A stretch of DNA of 55,218 nucleotides from an uncultured Erysipelotrichaceae bacterium (GCA_964501425.1 CAZCSQ010000001.1:1-55218); one strand, 5' to 3'; shown: positions 1 through 9,724, numbered from the stretch's first letter. Notes: generated by a model not told the origin, from the sequence alone. Program-made: numbers and translations.

Positions 1-1083
1 AGATAAGCATAGATGAACTCATCGATATCGCCATCCATAACACCAGCAATATTACCTTCTTCATGACCCGTTCTAACGTCCTTGACTAAGGTATAAGGCA
101 TAAACACATAAGATCTAATTTGCGCTCCCCATTCGATCAGCTTTTGTTCGCCCTTGATCTTAGCGACTTTCGCTTCTTGTTCTTCTATTCTTAATTGTAA
201 TAGCTTAGATTTCAACATTAACATAGCTTGTTGTTTATTAGCTAGTTGCGATCGATCTGATTGGCAATTAGCGATAAGTCCTGTAGGTTTATGGATCAAT
301 CTTACAGCTGAATCTACTTTATTGACGTTTTGTCCACCAGCACCACTTGAGCGATGAGTCTCCATGATAATATCACTTTCATTAATGACTATATCAATCT
401 CATCTTCAAACTTTGGCATAACATCGATAGCGGCGAATGAAGTATGACGACGACCTGATGAATCAAAGGGAGATATCCTAACTAAACGATGTACACCTTT
501 TTCACTTTTTAGGTATCCATAAGCCATGTTACCTTCAATTAAAGCCGTAACCGATTTGATACCTGCTTCATCTCCAGCAAGATAATCCAAAACTGTTACT
601 TTAAAGCCTTTTCTTTCAGCCCATCTGGTATACATACGGTAAAGCATCTCAGCCCAATCCTGGCTTTCGGTTCCACCAGCTCCAGGATGTAGTTCAATGA
701 TGGCGCTGTTTCTATCATACTCATGACTCAATAAGATCTTTATTTCAAAATCTTCAAAATCTTTTAGTAGTTTTTGATATTCCTCAGTACATAGTTCCAT
801 GATTTCATCATCAAAACTATCCTTCAATAATTGGACAGTTTCTTCAACTTCTTTATTAATAAGTAATAATTGTTGGTATTGTTCAACAATGGCTCTAAGA
901 CTATTTAATTCATTGATCGTTTTCTGAGCACCTTTTTGATCGCCCCAAAAACCATCTCTGGTCATCTCATCATTTAATTCATCAATCTCTTTTTGTTTTG
1001 TAGGTAAGTCAAAGAGAATCTCCAAGCTGTGTCAGCTTTTCTTTTATCTCATCGTTACCTTGTCTAACTTCATATAATTCCAT
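1..1083 (-). CDS. prfB: Peptide chain release factor 2; the 3' end runs off the window and expression needs a programmed +1 frameshift
   Basis: Minus-strand ATG at 1083..1081 is followed by 24 codons ([24 protein letters not shown]) and an in-frame TGA at 1011..1009. Shifting +1 opens frame 1010..3. My hand translation of that frame contains the RF2 SPF motif ([14 protein letters not shown]) and the GGQ motif ([11 protein letters not shown]). It is absent from the ORF track because it is frameshifted and open-ended. Confidence 0.93.
1008..1023 (-). promoter_or_regulatory. prfB programmed +1 ribosomal frameshift site (CTT TGA C preceded by an internal SD-like GGAG)
   Basis: The minus strand reads TTGGAGATTCT CTT TGA C. 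This is the canonical slippery CUU-UGA-C with a Shine-Dalgarno-like GGAG a few nt upstream. Confidence 0.9.
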
Positions 1084-3431
1084 TAAGCTTTTTCCTCATA
1101 CTTTATCTTTAAGCGGATACAGAAGTTTACTACTTCTTGTGCAATTTGAGCTAAGACTTCTTCAAACATCTCATAACCTTCTTGAACATAGGCTTGTAAA
1201 GGATTACTTTGAGCATAAGAACGTAAATGGATACCATCACGTAATTTACTCATGATATCAATATGATTTATCCAAGCACGATCCATGATCTTTAAGACCA
1301 TTACTTTTTCAAGGGGTTTGATCTGATCTTTGATCGGTTCAATCTTCTCTTCATATGCACTCCACACTTTATCCTTACAAATATCAACGACCTCATCCAC
1401 CGATTTACCAGTTAACATGTCTTCCGTAATGATACCATCAGCTAATTCAAGCTTTTGTAAAGTAGTTAAAATACCTGCTATATCAATTTCCGTCTTTTTA
1501 TCATGACCATTAGCGTGACCTTTGACTATCTTATTAACGACCCGATCAAACATATCAGAAACGATTGAATGAACATCTTCATTATCTAAGATGAAGTTTC
1601 GTTGATCATAAATGATCTCACGTTGTTGACGTAAAACATCATCATACTCAAGTAATGATTTACGAACATCAAAGTTATAACCTTCAACGCGCTTTTGGGC
1701 GCCACTGATTGATTTAGTGATGACTTTTGATTCAACCGGTACATCACCTAATTGACTAAACAAGGCTTCCATGCGTTCGCCACCAAAACGAACCATTAAT
1801 TCATCTTGAACTGAAACATAGAAACGAGAATATCCAGGGTCTCCTTGACGTCCACTACGCCCTCTTAACTGATTATCGATACGCCGTGATTCATGACGCT
1901 CACTACCTAAAACAGCCAAGCCACCGATTTCGCGAACACCTTCACCCAATTTAATATCCGTTCCTCGACCGGCCATGTTAGTCGCGATCGTAACTGAACC
2001 TTTTTGTCCAGCTTTTATGATGATATCAGCTTCACGAGCATGGTTTTTAGCGTTTAATACTTCATGACGAATTTTTCTTTGTGTTAACATCTTTGAAACA
2101 AACTCACTTGTTTCTACCGCGATCGTACCAACCAGCACTGGTTGTCCATTTTGATGACACTCAATGATCTCTTCGATTAACGCCTGAAATTTAGCCTTCT
2201 TCGTTCCAAATACTGCATCAGGATAATCATTACGAATGATCGGCTTATTAGTTGGTATCTCTAACACTCTCATGTTATATAATGATAAGAATTCTTCTTC
2301 TTCAGTTTTAGCAGTACCAGTCATACCACATAATTTCTTATAGAGTCTAAAGAAATTCTGATACGTGATCGTCGCTAAAGTCGATGTCTCTTCTTTGATA
2401 GGCACGCCCTCTTTAGCTTCGATAGCTTGATGTAGACCATCTGAATACTGACGACCTTCCATCATTCGACCTGTAAACTGATCAACGATAACGATCTTAC
2501 GATCTTTAACAACATATTCAAAATCCTTAGCCATTCCATAGTTGGCTTTCAAAGCCATATTGATATGATGGACTAAGTTAGTATATTGGACATCAAAAAG
2601 ATTATCGATCTTAAAAGCACGTTCTGCTTTTTCCACACCGATTTCTTTAATCTGGACAGATTTAGTCTTGATATCTATTTCATAATCCACATCTTCTTGA
2701 AAACTCTTAACTAAGCGATCTGCCTGCATATATAAGTTAGCTGTCTTTTTAGCTCCACCACTAATGATAAGAGGTGTTCTTGATTCATCGATCAAGATGG
2801 AGTCAACCTCATCAACTAAAGCGTAATTCAATGATCTTAATACCCGATCTTTAACCTCGGTAACCATGTTATCACGTAAATAATCAAACCCTATTTCAGC
2901 GTTAGTAGTGTAAGTTATATCGCACTCATAAGCCTTACGTTTACTAACTGGTAGTAATGTCCGCAAGTTAAGTCCAACAGTTAAGCCTAAAAACTCATGG
3001 ATCTTACCCATCCACTTAGAATCTCTTTCAGCTAGATATTCGTTGACTGTGACAATATGAACACCATTACCTGTTAAAGCATTAAGATAAACAGGCATGA
3101 TAGAAGTCAAGGTCTTACCTTCACCAGTCTTCATTTCCGCAATGTCACCATTATGTAAGACAATGCCACCCATTACCTGAACAAAGTAAGGATACTCACC
3201 AATTACTCTTTTCGCCGCTTCTCTGATCGTCGCAAACGCTTCGGGTAATAGATCATCTAATGTCTCCCCATTTTTTAATCGATCACGAAATAGATCGGTC
3301 TGCTGTCTTAATTCTTCATCACTTTTTTTACTCATCTCGCTCGCAAAAGAATCAACCTGCGTCGCGATCTTTTTTATCTCATTAAGTCTCTTTTGATCAA
3401 AATTCAGTAGATTACTTAAGAAGTTTGCCAT
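1083..3431 (-). CDS. secA: Preprotein translocase ATPase SecA (short form without a C-terminal zinc finger)
   Basis: 782 aa with MKTGEGKTL (Walker A), DEVDSILIDE (DEAD-like) and TNMAGRGTDIKLG. RBS AAAGGAGAG lies upstream of the ATG. The stop TAA shares one nt with the prfB ATG (TAATG). Confidence 0.97.
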   Translation of the reverse strand: MANFLSNLLNFDQKRLNEIKKIATQVDSFASEMSKKSDEELRQQTDLFRDRLKNGETLDDLLPEAFATIREAAKRVIGEYPYFVQVMGGIVLHNGDIAEMKTGEGKTLTSIMPVYLNALTGNGVHIVTVNEYLAERDSKWMGKIHEFLGLTVGLNLRTLLPVSKRKAYECDITYTTNAEIGFDYLRDNMVTEVKDRVLRSLNYALVDEVDSILIDESRTPLIISGGAKKTANLYMQADRLVKSFQEDVDYEIDIKTKSVQIKEIGVEKAERAFKIDNLFDVQYTNLVHHINMALKANYGMAKDFEYVVKDRKIVIVDQFTGRMMEGRQYSDGLHQAIEAKEGVPIKEETSTLATITYQNFFRLYKKLCGMTGTAKTEEEEFLSLYNMRVLEIPTNKPIIRNDYPDAVFGTKKAKFQALIEEIIECHQNGQPVLVGTIAVETSEFVSKMLTQRKIRHEVLNAKNHAREADIIIKAGQKGSVTIATNMAGRGTDIKLGEGVREIGGLAVLGSERHESRRIDNQLRGRSGRQGDPGYSRFYVSVQDELMVRFGGERMEALFSQLGDVPVESKVITKSISGAQKRVEGYNFDVRKSLLEYDDVLRQQREIIYDQRNFILDNEDVHSIVSDMFDRVVNKIVKGHANGHDKKTEIDIAGILTTLQKLELADGIITEDMLTGKSVDEVVDICKDKVWSAYEEKIEPIKDQIKPLEKVMVLKIMDRAWINHIDIMSKLRDGIHLRSYAQSNPLQAYVQEGYEMFEEVLAQIAQEVVNFCIRLKIKYEEKA

Positions 3432-3456
3432 ATAATCTCTCCTTTATTACCTGTTT

Positions 3457-3465
3457 ATTATAACA
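3457..3465 (-). promoter_or_regulatory. Candidate extended -10 element (TGTTATAAT) for secA
   Basis: The minus strand reads TGTTATAAT about 25 nt upstream of the secA RBS. This is a sequence match only. Confidence 0.35.
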
Positions 3466-3558
3466 CGATACACAATTATCGAGTAACTAACCAATTAGTC
3501 AACATCGATTTTATTAGTATATCATATTCTTATTGAATAGCGATAATAGCGCCACTTC

Positions 3559-3587
3559 TTGAAATCGCTTACATTTTCATCTATACT
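3559..3587 (+). promoter_or_regulatory. Candidate sigmaA-type promoter for the MgtC-family gene
   Basis: TTGAAA (3559-3564), a 17 nt spacer, then TATACT (3582-3587). It lies inside the TTG-started ORF extension given by the track, which argues for the downstream ATG start. Confidence 0.45.
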
Positions 3588-3612
3588 TTATTATATAAAT
3601 CAAGGGGACAAC

Positions 3613-4293
3613 ATGCTAGAACAATTACGCGATATAAATATATACTCAATCATCGTAAGGATAATGTTTGCTTTACTAATAGGTGGCATCTTAGGCATAG
3701 AACGTGGCCACAAGAAACGACCAGCTGGTTTTCGAACATATATGTTGGTTTGTGTCGGTGCTACCCTTGTAATGATGACCAACCAATACGTCTTTCAAGT
3801 CTTTAACACTTCAGATCCTGTACGAATGGGAGCGCAAGTTGTCAGTGGCATTGGCTTTTTAGGAGCTGGTACAATCTTAGTGACTGGTAGAAATCAAGTT
3901 AAAGGGATTACTACCGCCGCGGGTCTATGGACTGCAGCTTGTAGTGGTCTTGCGATTGGTATCGGCTTTTATGAAGGAGCCTTTGTTGGAGCACTAGCGA
4001 TAATCTTTATCATGGCAGCGATGCATAATATTGACACTTACATTCATCTCCACTCACGCGTCATGGAATTCTATATAGAAATGGATAATACGCTCCCATT
4101 TAGTGAGTTTCTTAAGTATTCTCGTAGACAAGCCTTAAACGTAACTGATATACAAATGAATATTAATAAATATCAAGACACTGGTTTAACAACTGCCTTT
4201 CTATCAATCAGTGGCCAAAAGAAAATGTCACATAATGATATATTGACCATTTTGGAAAACGCACCAGGAATTCATTATATTGAAGAGATTTAA
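3613..4293 (+). CDS. MgtC/SapB family membrane protein
   Basis: GGILGIERGHKKRPAGFRTYMLVCVGATL and GAQVVSGIGFLGAGTI are typical MgtC-family motifs. ATG at 3613 is preceded by AAGGGGA. The track start at 3559 is a TTG overlapping the putative promoter. Confidence 0.85.
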   Translation: MLEQLRDINIYSIIVRIMFALLIGGILGIERGHKKRPAGFRTYMLVCVGATLVMMTNQYVFQVFNTSDPVRMGAQVVSGIGFLGAGTILVTGRNQVKGITTAAGLWTAACSGLAIGIGFYEGAFVGALAIIFIMAAMHNIDTYIHLHSRVMEFYIEMDNTLPFSEFLKYSRRQALNVTDIQMNINKYQDTGLTTAFLSISGQKKMSHNDILTILENAPGIHYIEEI

Positions 4294-4307
4294 ACAATAA
4301 AGACAAA

Positions 4308-4336
4308 CAAAAAAGGTTGTTATACAACCTTTTTTG
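4308..4336. terminator. Bidirectional intrinsic terminator between the MgtC-family gene and csp
   Basis: AAAAAAA-GGTTGT-TAT-ACAACC-TTTTTT: a GC-containing stem flanked by an A-run and a T-run. Confidence 0.7.
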
Positions 4337-4341
4337 TGTTC

Positions 4342-4539
4342 TTAAAGTCTAACTATATTATGTGCTTGCAAGCCACGGTCGCCTTCAATTAGATCAAATT
4401 CAACTTCTGCGCCTTCTTCGATCGTCTTGAAGCCCTCCATAACTAGTTGTGAGTAATGGAAGAATACATCTCTATCATCTTCTAATTTGATGAATCCAAA
4501 ACCCTTCTCTTTGTTAAACTTTTTAACTTTGCCTGTCAT
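4342..4539 (-). CDS. Cold-shock protein (CspA family)
   Basis: 65 aa with GKVKKFNKEKGFGFI (RNP1-like) and DVFFHYS (RNP2-like). Confidence 0.95.
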   Translation of the reverse strand: MTGKVKKFNKEKGFGFIKLEDDRDVFFHYSQLVMEGFKTIEEGAEVEFDLIEGDRGLQAHNIVRL

Positions 4540-4587
4540 CTTAAACCTTATACCTTTCTTGAGCCAACTAACGTCAACTTCACCTTT

Positions 4588-4615
4588 ATTATAAACGTTT
4601 TTTTAAATAAAGCAA
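4588..4615 (-). promoter_or_regulatory. Candidate promoter for the downstream csp copy
   Basis: The minus strand reads TTGCTT, a 16 nt spacer, then TATAAT (4593..4588), in the 77 nt gap between the two csp genes. Confidence 0.4.
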
Positions 4616-4616
4616 A

Positions 4617-4814
4617 TTATAATTTTGTGACGTTTCGGGCTTGTAAACCCTTGTCAGCCTCAACAATATCGAATGAAACTATTTCACCTTCAGACAGTGT
4701 TTTATACCCATCCAGCATGATATGTGTATAATGAACAAATACATCATTACCATTTTCTTGACAGATAAAACCATATCCTTTGTCTGAGTTAAACCACTTT
4801 ACTTTACCCTTCAT
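4617..4814 (-). CDS. Cold-shock protein (CspA family), second copy
   Basis: [17 protein letters not shown] and DVFVHYT motifs. I prefer the ATG at 4814 because GAGG lies 8 nt upstream of it; the ATG at 4820 directly abuts the SD. The start lies inside the last codons of comFC. Confidence 0.93.
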   Translation of the reverse strand: MKGKVKWFNSDKGYGFICQENGNDVFVHYTHIMLDGYKTLSEGEIVSFDIVEADKGLQARNVTKL

Positions 4815-5454
4815 TATCATTTCCTCTTTTCTTTAATGGTTGATGCGCTATCGCAAGCGCTTTGATACTTTCATATTCATCTTTTATAAGTTGATAGCAC
4901 GATTCTATGCTAGCTCCTGTTGTAAACAAATCATCAATAAGTAATATCTTTGATTTGCTTGGTAATACAACATCATTTCTTTTTATAAACTCATGGACTT
5001 CTAAACGTTTTTGATATGAGCTCTTCTTTTGATCTTGTTGGGCAGTGTTAATGAATAACTCAGCACTTGTAAAGTTTAATTCTTTAAACATTTTACTAAC
5101 ATGATCAAAACCTCTTATCTCACTTTTCTCTTGACGACTAGGAACACTAACCAATATATGATTGCGATATTTTTTTCTAAGATATCTAATATGTGTATGA
5201 ATAAATATCGGTGCTAAGGCCTCATCATAAAGTTCCTTATATTGAATCAATTGTTGACTAAAGAATTCATTATAATCATACAAAAATTCAATTGTCAGAC
5301 CATTTTGATAAATTGATTTTTTATGTTTAATGAATTTAGCACGACAATCCTGACAGATCAAATCATCTAGTAGAAAAAACTCTAGTAAATCCGCTGATTG
5401 ATACTTCTTGTTAAAACAAATTAGGCATTCATCATTTCTATCTGTTTGATACAT
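4804..5454 (-). CDS. comFC: ComF-family phosphoribosyltransferase-domain competence protein (ComFC)
   Basis: N-terminal CxxC...CxxC (CLICF...CQDCRAKF) plus a PRTase signature ([13 protein letters not shown]). It overlaps comFA by 34 nt. Confidence 0.85.
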   Translation of the reverse strand: MYQTDRNDECLICFNKKYQSADLLEFFLLDDLICQDCRAKFIKHKKSIYQNGLTIEFLYDYNEFFSQQLIQYKELYDEALAPIFIHTHIRYLRKKYRNHILVSVPSRQEKSEIRGFDHVSKMFKELNFTSAELFINTAQQDQKKSSYQKRLEVHEFIKRNDVVLPSKSKILLIDDLFTTGASIESCYQLIKDEYESIKALAIAHQPLKKRGNDNEG

Positions 5455-6524
5455 TTCTGTGCCTTCTTGCTTTTATGAAAACAAATCATTAACCCTTCGC
5501 CATATGGATAATTAATGTCTCTACCAATCCTTCCCATGATTTGAATGAGCGAAGCAACACTAAAGACGTGATGATCAGCATTAACAATACAAACATCAAT
5601 CTCACTGAAAGTTACTCCTCTTTCCAAAATGGTTGTACAAATTAAATAAGGAAAATGTCTGTTACGAAAATTAGCTATAATATCATCTTTATCTAAAGTC
5701 TGTGAATGAATGTTTGGAACATTTAAGAAATAAGACAATCTTTTAGCCATTTTGATTGTTGGTACAAAGATCAATGCGCGCTTATGATCATTTAACCAAA
5801 ACAATAGATCAATATAAGCAATACTTTTTGGTAAACATTTTACTTTTGGTACTGGGATATCTTTACCGTGCGGCCTTTTAAATAGCTGTAAGGTAAATAG
5901 TTGTTTTAATTCATCATCTGGGGTTGCTGTAAGATAAATAATATTCTTTCGACAACTTGTCTTAACAATCCCTTTCAATACATCATTTCCATAATATGGA
6001 AAAGCATCTGGTTCATCAAGAATTAAAAGATCAAAATATTGATGATAACGATACAACTGATGAGTTGTACAAATAATAAGATCTCCCATAACATCATTTG
6101 TAAATCCTTCACAAACAATAGAAACCTTTAGTTTACTAAAAGCCTCCTTCATTCGTTTACCAATCTCAATTACTACTTGTCGTCGAGGAGTCGCATAACC
6201 TACAGTTAATCCTTGTTTAAGATATTTTCTGATACTCTGCATAACTATTTCAGTTTTACCACTACCACATGCGGCATAGACTAACACACTAGTTTTATCG
6301 ATCATGATCGCTAGCTTATCACTGATCTCTTTCTGTTTAGGTGTTAGTTCAAAGCTCAATTGATAATCAGCATCAAGCAGCACCTCATTCATTTCTTGAA
6401 TTGGACTATCTAATGGTTCATCAAGCAATACTCGCTTAAACCCAATACATTTCCGGCAATAATAACCCTTACTTCCCAAATAGAAATACCGCGGATCTTC
6501 ATTGAGACATCTTGGGCATTGCAT
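5421..6524 (-). CDS. comFA: Competence helicase ComFA (DEAD/DEAH-box, N-terminal zinc finger)
   Basis: MQCPRCLN...YYCRKC zinc finger, AACGSGKTE (Walker A), LILDEPDA (DExD), TATPD, and ILERGVTF...MGRIGR helicase C motifs. Confidence 0.88.
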   Translation of the reverse strand: MQCPRCLNEDPRYFYLGSKGYYCRKCIGFKRVLLDEPLDSPIQEMNEVLLDADYQLSFELTPKQKEISDKLAIMIDKTSVLVYAACGSGKTEIVMQSIRKYLKQGLTVGYATPRRQVVIEIGKRMKEAFSKLKVSIVCEGFTNDVMGDLIICTTHQLYRYHQYFDLLILDEPDAFPYYGNDVLKGIVKTSCRKNIIYLTATPDDELKQLFTLQLFKRPHGKDIPVPKVKCLPKSIAYIDLLFWLNDHKRALIFVPTIKMAKRLSYFLNVPNIHSQTLDKDDIIANFRNRHFPYLICTTILERGVTFSEIDVCIVNADHHVFSVASLIQIMGRIGRDINYPYGEGLMICFHKSKKAQKCIKQIEMMNA

Positions 6525-6600
6525 TTTATCACCTATATATATATTTGTCGAAAATCATGATTATGTCCTAAATCATCTCATTTTTTTATCCTTATTTAAT

Positions 6601-6636
6601 AAAAAAACTAACTGTATCAAAATATCGAGTTAGTTT
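6601..6636 (-). terminator. Intrinsic terminator downstream of the methyltransferase gene
   Basis: The minus strand reads AAACTAACT, a 14 nt loop, then AGTTAGTTT, followed by T7. Confidence 0.6.
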
Positions 6637-6651
6637 CACATTTCTTATAGT

Positions 6652-7752
6652 CTATTTATCAGTTCTTTTTTTAAGTAAAAACAAATACTCACTAACATGA
6701 ATACTGCGCTTATTAAGGTTCCGAGATCCACGATAAGTATTGTACTTAGTTTCTATTATCTGTAATTCACCATTTTTACTAAGAATCTCGATCAATTCTT
6801 CTTTACTTAAATATCCTTCATTATTAAAAGATAACAGTATGTACTTGGCTTTTACTCTTTCAACAAGATCTTCAAGTTCTGAATATATTTTTTTCTTGTT
6901 GTTATAATTTGATCTTTGCCAATCAATAGGAATACCCGATACAGTTGATATTGCATTTGGAGCACTGTTTTTAGCAATCGCATTCAACATAAAGTAGTTT
7001 GAGCCATAAGGGTGTTGGTTGTATGGCGGATCAAGATAACAGATATCAACCATATCTAAACTATCTATCAATTGATTAGCATCACTTTGATAGATCTTAT
7101 TTTGGGTATGATAATTACTAAACAAAGGAAATGGTAAACTAATGTTACCCATGATCCGTGATAAAGCATTCTTTCCCTTAGCCCCGAAACTACCTATACC
7201 ATCATCTCCCTTATAAAAGCCTTTAAAGACGCCCGCTGTATTAACATGAATCGAAGCTTCTGATAAAAGTGGAGCAATATAATACTTCTGTAATTCTTTT
7301 GGAATAAAGGCATGAATGTTATATAACATATTATCAAGATACAGAGCATTGGCTTTGGTATAAAATACTCTTTCTCCTTTTTGAATATCATTATCATCTT
7401 TAGGAGCGTACAATTCACTGATAAAGCCATAATTAGTTTGATTTTCTGTTGTCTTTAATAGTTGATAATACTCATGTAATAGATTCATATCAATATCATC
7501 TTTATTTGACACATAACAATCATTGATCACATATGAATAGTACTCTAGATCATTAACGATCAATTCACTAGCGTATTGTTTAGCGAAACGAGCGACGATT
7601 CCTGAACCAGAAAAAAGATCTAAGAATGATATCTTATCTTGTAAAAGTTCGTTTCGAACAAGATCGATGCCTTCCTTGATCAAAAATAATAATTGGCGTT
7701 TATTACCGATATAAGTTATTATCTGTTTTTGTAAATAGTCCTTGTTTTCCAC
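6652..7752 (-). CDS. N6-adenine DNA methyltransferase, alpha class (D12/Dam-like), solitary
   Basis: Contains YIGNKRQLL (D12-class N-terminal motif), DLFSGSGI (FxGxG AdoMet motif I) about 190 aa upstream of DPPY (motif IV, YLDPPYNQHPY), and a LSFNNEG tail. GTG start with AGAGGA upstream. No nuclease-like ORF is adjacent. Confidence 0.8.
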   Translation of the reverse strand: MENKDYLQKQIITYIGNKRQLLFLIKEGIDLVRNELLQDKISFLDLFSGSGIVARFAKQYASELIVNDLEYYSYVINDCYVSNKDDIDMNLLHEYYQLLKTTENQTNYGFISELYAPKDDNDIQKGERVFYTKANALYLDNMLYNIHAFIPKELQKYYIAPLLSEASIHVNTAGVFKGFYKGDDGIGSFGAKGKNALSRIMGNISLPFPLFSNYHTQNKIYQSDANQLIDSLDMVDICYLDPPYNQHPYGSNYFMLNAIAKNSAPNAISTVSGIPIDWQRSNYNNKKKIYSELEDLVERVKAKYILLSFNNEGYLSKEELIEILSKNGELQIIETKYNTYRGSRNLNKRSIHVSEYLFLLKKRTDK

Positions 7753-7801
7753 AATGTCCTCTTTAACTTATATTTTAACTTATATTGTTAAGATTGACCA
7801 A

Positions 7802-7826
7802 CAAAAAGCCTATCTTGCGATAGACT
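7802..7826 (-). terminator. Intrinsic terminator of htpG (overlaps the stop codon)
   Basis: The minus strand reads AGTCTATC-GCAA-GATAGGCT followed by TTTTTG. Confidence 0.6.
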
Positions 7827-9714
7827 ATTTATTGGCTTTAACCATTAGATTACATAGTTTAGTTGAAAAGGCTAAGGGATCTTCGATATTAAAGCCTTCG
7901 ATCAATAATGCTTGATCATATAATAACTCACTGTATTCACCTAAATCTTCAGGATTATCTGTTTGTACTTTCTTTAGTGCTTCAAAGATTGGATGATCAC
8001 TATTAATCTCCAAGATCTTCTCAGCCTTCATACCAGGACCTTCAGGAAGATTATTTAACACCTTTTCCATCTCCATCGATAAACCCTCATCAGCGACTAA
8101 GCATACTGGATGACTCTTTAAGCGTGAAGATATTCGAACATCTTTTACCTTATCCTTAAGCTGATCTTTGATCGCTTCTAGTAAGTCTTTGTTTTCAGTT
8201 TCAATCTTAGTTCTTTCTTCTTTTTCATCTTCGCTGTCAAGGTCAAGATTTCCTTGGCTGATCGATTTGAATTTCTTCTCTTGATACGACATCAATATTT
8301 GAAGTGCAAACTCATCAACCTCATCCGTTAGGTATAAGATCTCATAACCCTTGTCTTTAACCTTTTCTGTCTGTGGTAGTCTAGCTATCTTCGTAATCGA
8401 TTCTCCACTGGCATAATATATTTCTTTTTGATCTTCTGGCATCCTACTAACATATTCTTCTAAAGTTACCAGTTTTTCATCTTGACTGCTCACAAACAAT
8501 AATAGATCTTGTAATAAGTCTTTATGTGCTCCGAATTCATTATAGATGCCATATTTAATTTGAACACCAAAGCTCTTCCAGAACTTCTCGTATTGTTCAC
8601 GATCATCTTTCAACATCGTTAATAATTCACTTTTGATCTTCTTTTCAATTCGATTAGCGATAACCTTTAATTGTTTATCATGTTGTAATAATTCCCTGGA
8701 AATATTCAACGATAGGTCTTGTGAATCGACTAAGCCCTTCACAAAGCGGAAATGCTCAGGAATAAGATCGGCTGCTTTATCCATGATAAAGACATTTTTA
8801 CTATATAACTGTAAGCCTTTTTCGTATTCCTTGGTGTAGTAATTATAAGGAACGCGACTTGGCACAAAGAGTAAAGCATCAAATGATACATTACCTTCAA
8901 TATTGAAATGGATCACTTTTAGTGGATCTTCATAGTCATTAAATTTATTCTTATAAAACTCATTGTATTCTTCTGGCGTTATTTCATTTTTATTACGTTT
9001 CCATAAAGGGATCATTGAATTAAGTGTTTCAATTTCTTCATAGTTTTCGTATTCATCTTCACTACCCTCTTTTAAGCGACTTTTACTAACAAGCATCTTG
9101 ATCGGATAACGAATATAATCTGAATATTTCCTTATTAGTTCTTTGATCTTATATTCACTTAAATAATCACTATATTCTTCATCTTCAGTATCATCTTTTA
9201 AGTCTAAGATGATCTGCGTACCAATAGTATCTTTAGTAGTTTCTTTGATCGTATAACCATCTTGTCCACTACTTTCCCATAGATATGCTTGTTCATCGTT
9301 ATAGGCTTTTGTAATAACGGTAACTTTTTTACTTACCATAAACGCTGAGTAGAACCCAACACCAAACTGACCAATGATATCATCAGCTTTTTCATTTTCA
9401 AACATTTCTTTAAATTCTAATGAACCGCTACGAGCGATGATCCCAAGATTGTTTTCTAGATCTTTTTTATCCATCCCGACACCATTATCAATGATTGTCA
9501 AACGACGGTTTTCTGAATCAACCTCAATCGTTATTGCCAAACTATCATTATCCAGTTGTACTGAAGTATCAGTTAAAGAAATGAAATGAAGCTTATCGAT
9601 CGCATCACTAGCATTGGATATTAGTTCTCGTAAAAAGATCTCCTTATGCGTATAGATCGAATTGATCATTAAATCCAACAACCGTTTGGATTCTGCCTTA
9701 AATTGTTTTTTCAT
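7825..9714 (-). CDS. htpG: Molecular chaperone HtpG (Hsp90)
   Basis: 629 aa with ELISNASDAIDK (GHKL N-box), DNGVGM and GQFGVGFYSAF motifs. RBS AAAGGAGG. Confidence 0.97.
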   Translation of the reverse strand: MKKQFKAESKRLLDLMINSIYTHKEIFLRELISNASDAIDKLHFISLTDTSVQLDNDSLAITIEVDSENRRLTIIDNGVGMDKKDLENNLGIIARSGSLEFKEMFENEKADDIIGQFGVGFYSAFMVSKKVTVITKAYNDEQAYLWESSGQDGYTIKETTKDTIGTQIILDLKDDTEDEEYSDYLSEYKIKELIRKYSDYIRYPIKMLVSKSRLKEGSEDEYENYEEIETLNSMIPLWKRNKNEITPEEYNEFYKNKFNDYEDPLKVIHFNIEGNVSFDALLFVPSRVPYNYYTKEYEKGLQLYSKNVFIMDKAADLIPEHFRFVKGLVDSQDLSLNISRELLQHDKQLKVIANRIEKKIKSELLTMLKDDREQYEKFWKSFGVQIKYGIYNEFGAHKDLLQDLLLFVSSQDEKLVTLEEYVSRMPEDQKEIYYASGESITKIARLPQTEKVKDKGYEILYLTDEVDEFALQILMSYQEKKFKSISQGNLDLDSEDEKEERTKIETENKDLLEAIKDQLKDKVKDVRISSRLKSHPVCLVADEGLSMEMEKVLNNLPEGPGMKAEKILEINSDHPIFEALKKVQTDNPEDLGEYSELLYDQALLIEGFNIEDPLAFSTKLCNLMVKANK

Positions 9715-9724
9715 ATGTCCTCCT

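Noticed and set aside
154-357. 67 aa plus-strand ORF (TTG start)
   Set aside because: It is antisense to the hand-translated prfB coding frame, which contains the SPF and GGQ motifs. It is a shadow ORF.
1009-1011. In-frame TGA in prfB as evidence for UGA=Trp (genetic code 4), or as a pseudogene
   Set aside because: The context CTT TGA C with an upstream GGAG is the canonical RF2 frameshift signal, and the +1 frame is intact with all catalytic motifs. All other genes in the window read through cleanly under code 11.
3432-3612. Possible Mg2+ (M-box) riboswitch upstream of the MgtC-family gene
   Set aside because: The leader downstream of the candidate promoter is only about 25 nt, and I could not find the conserved M-box blocks in the 181 nt gap.
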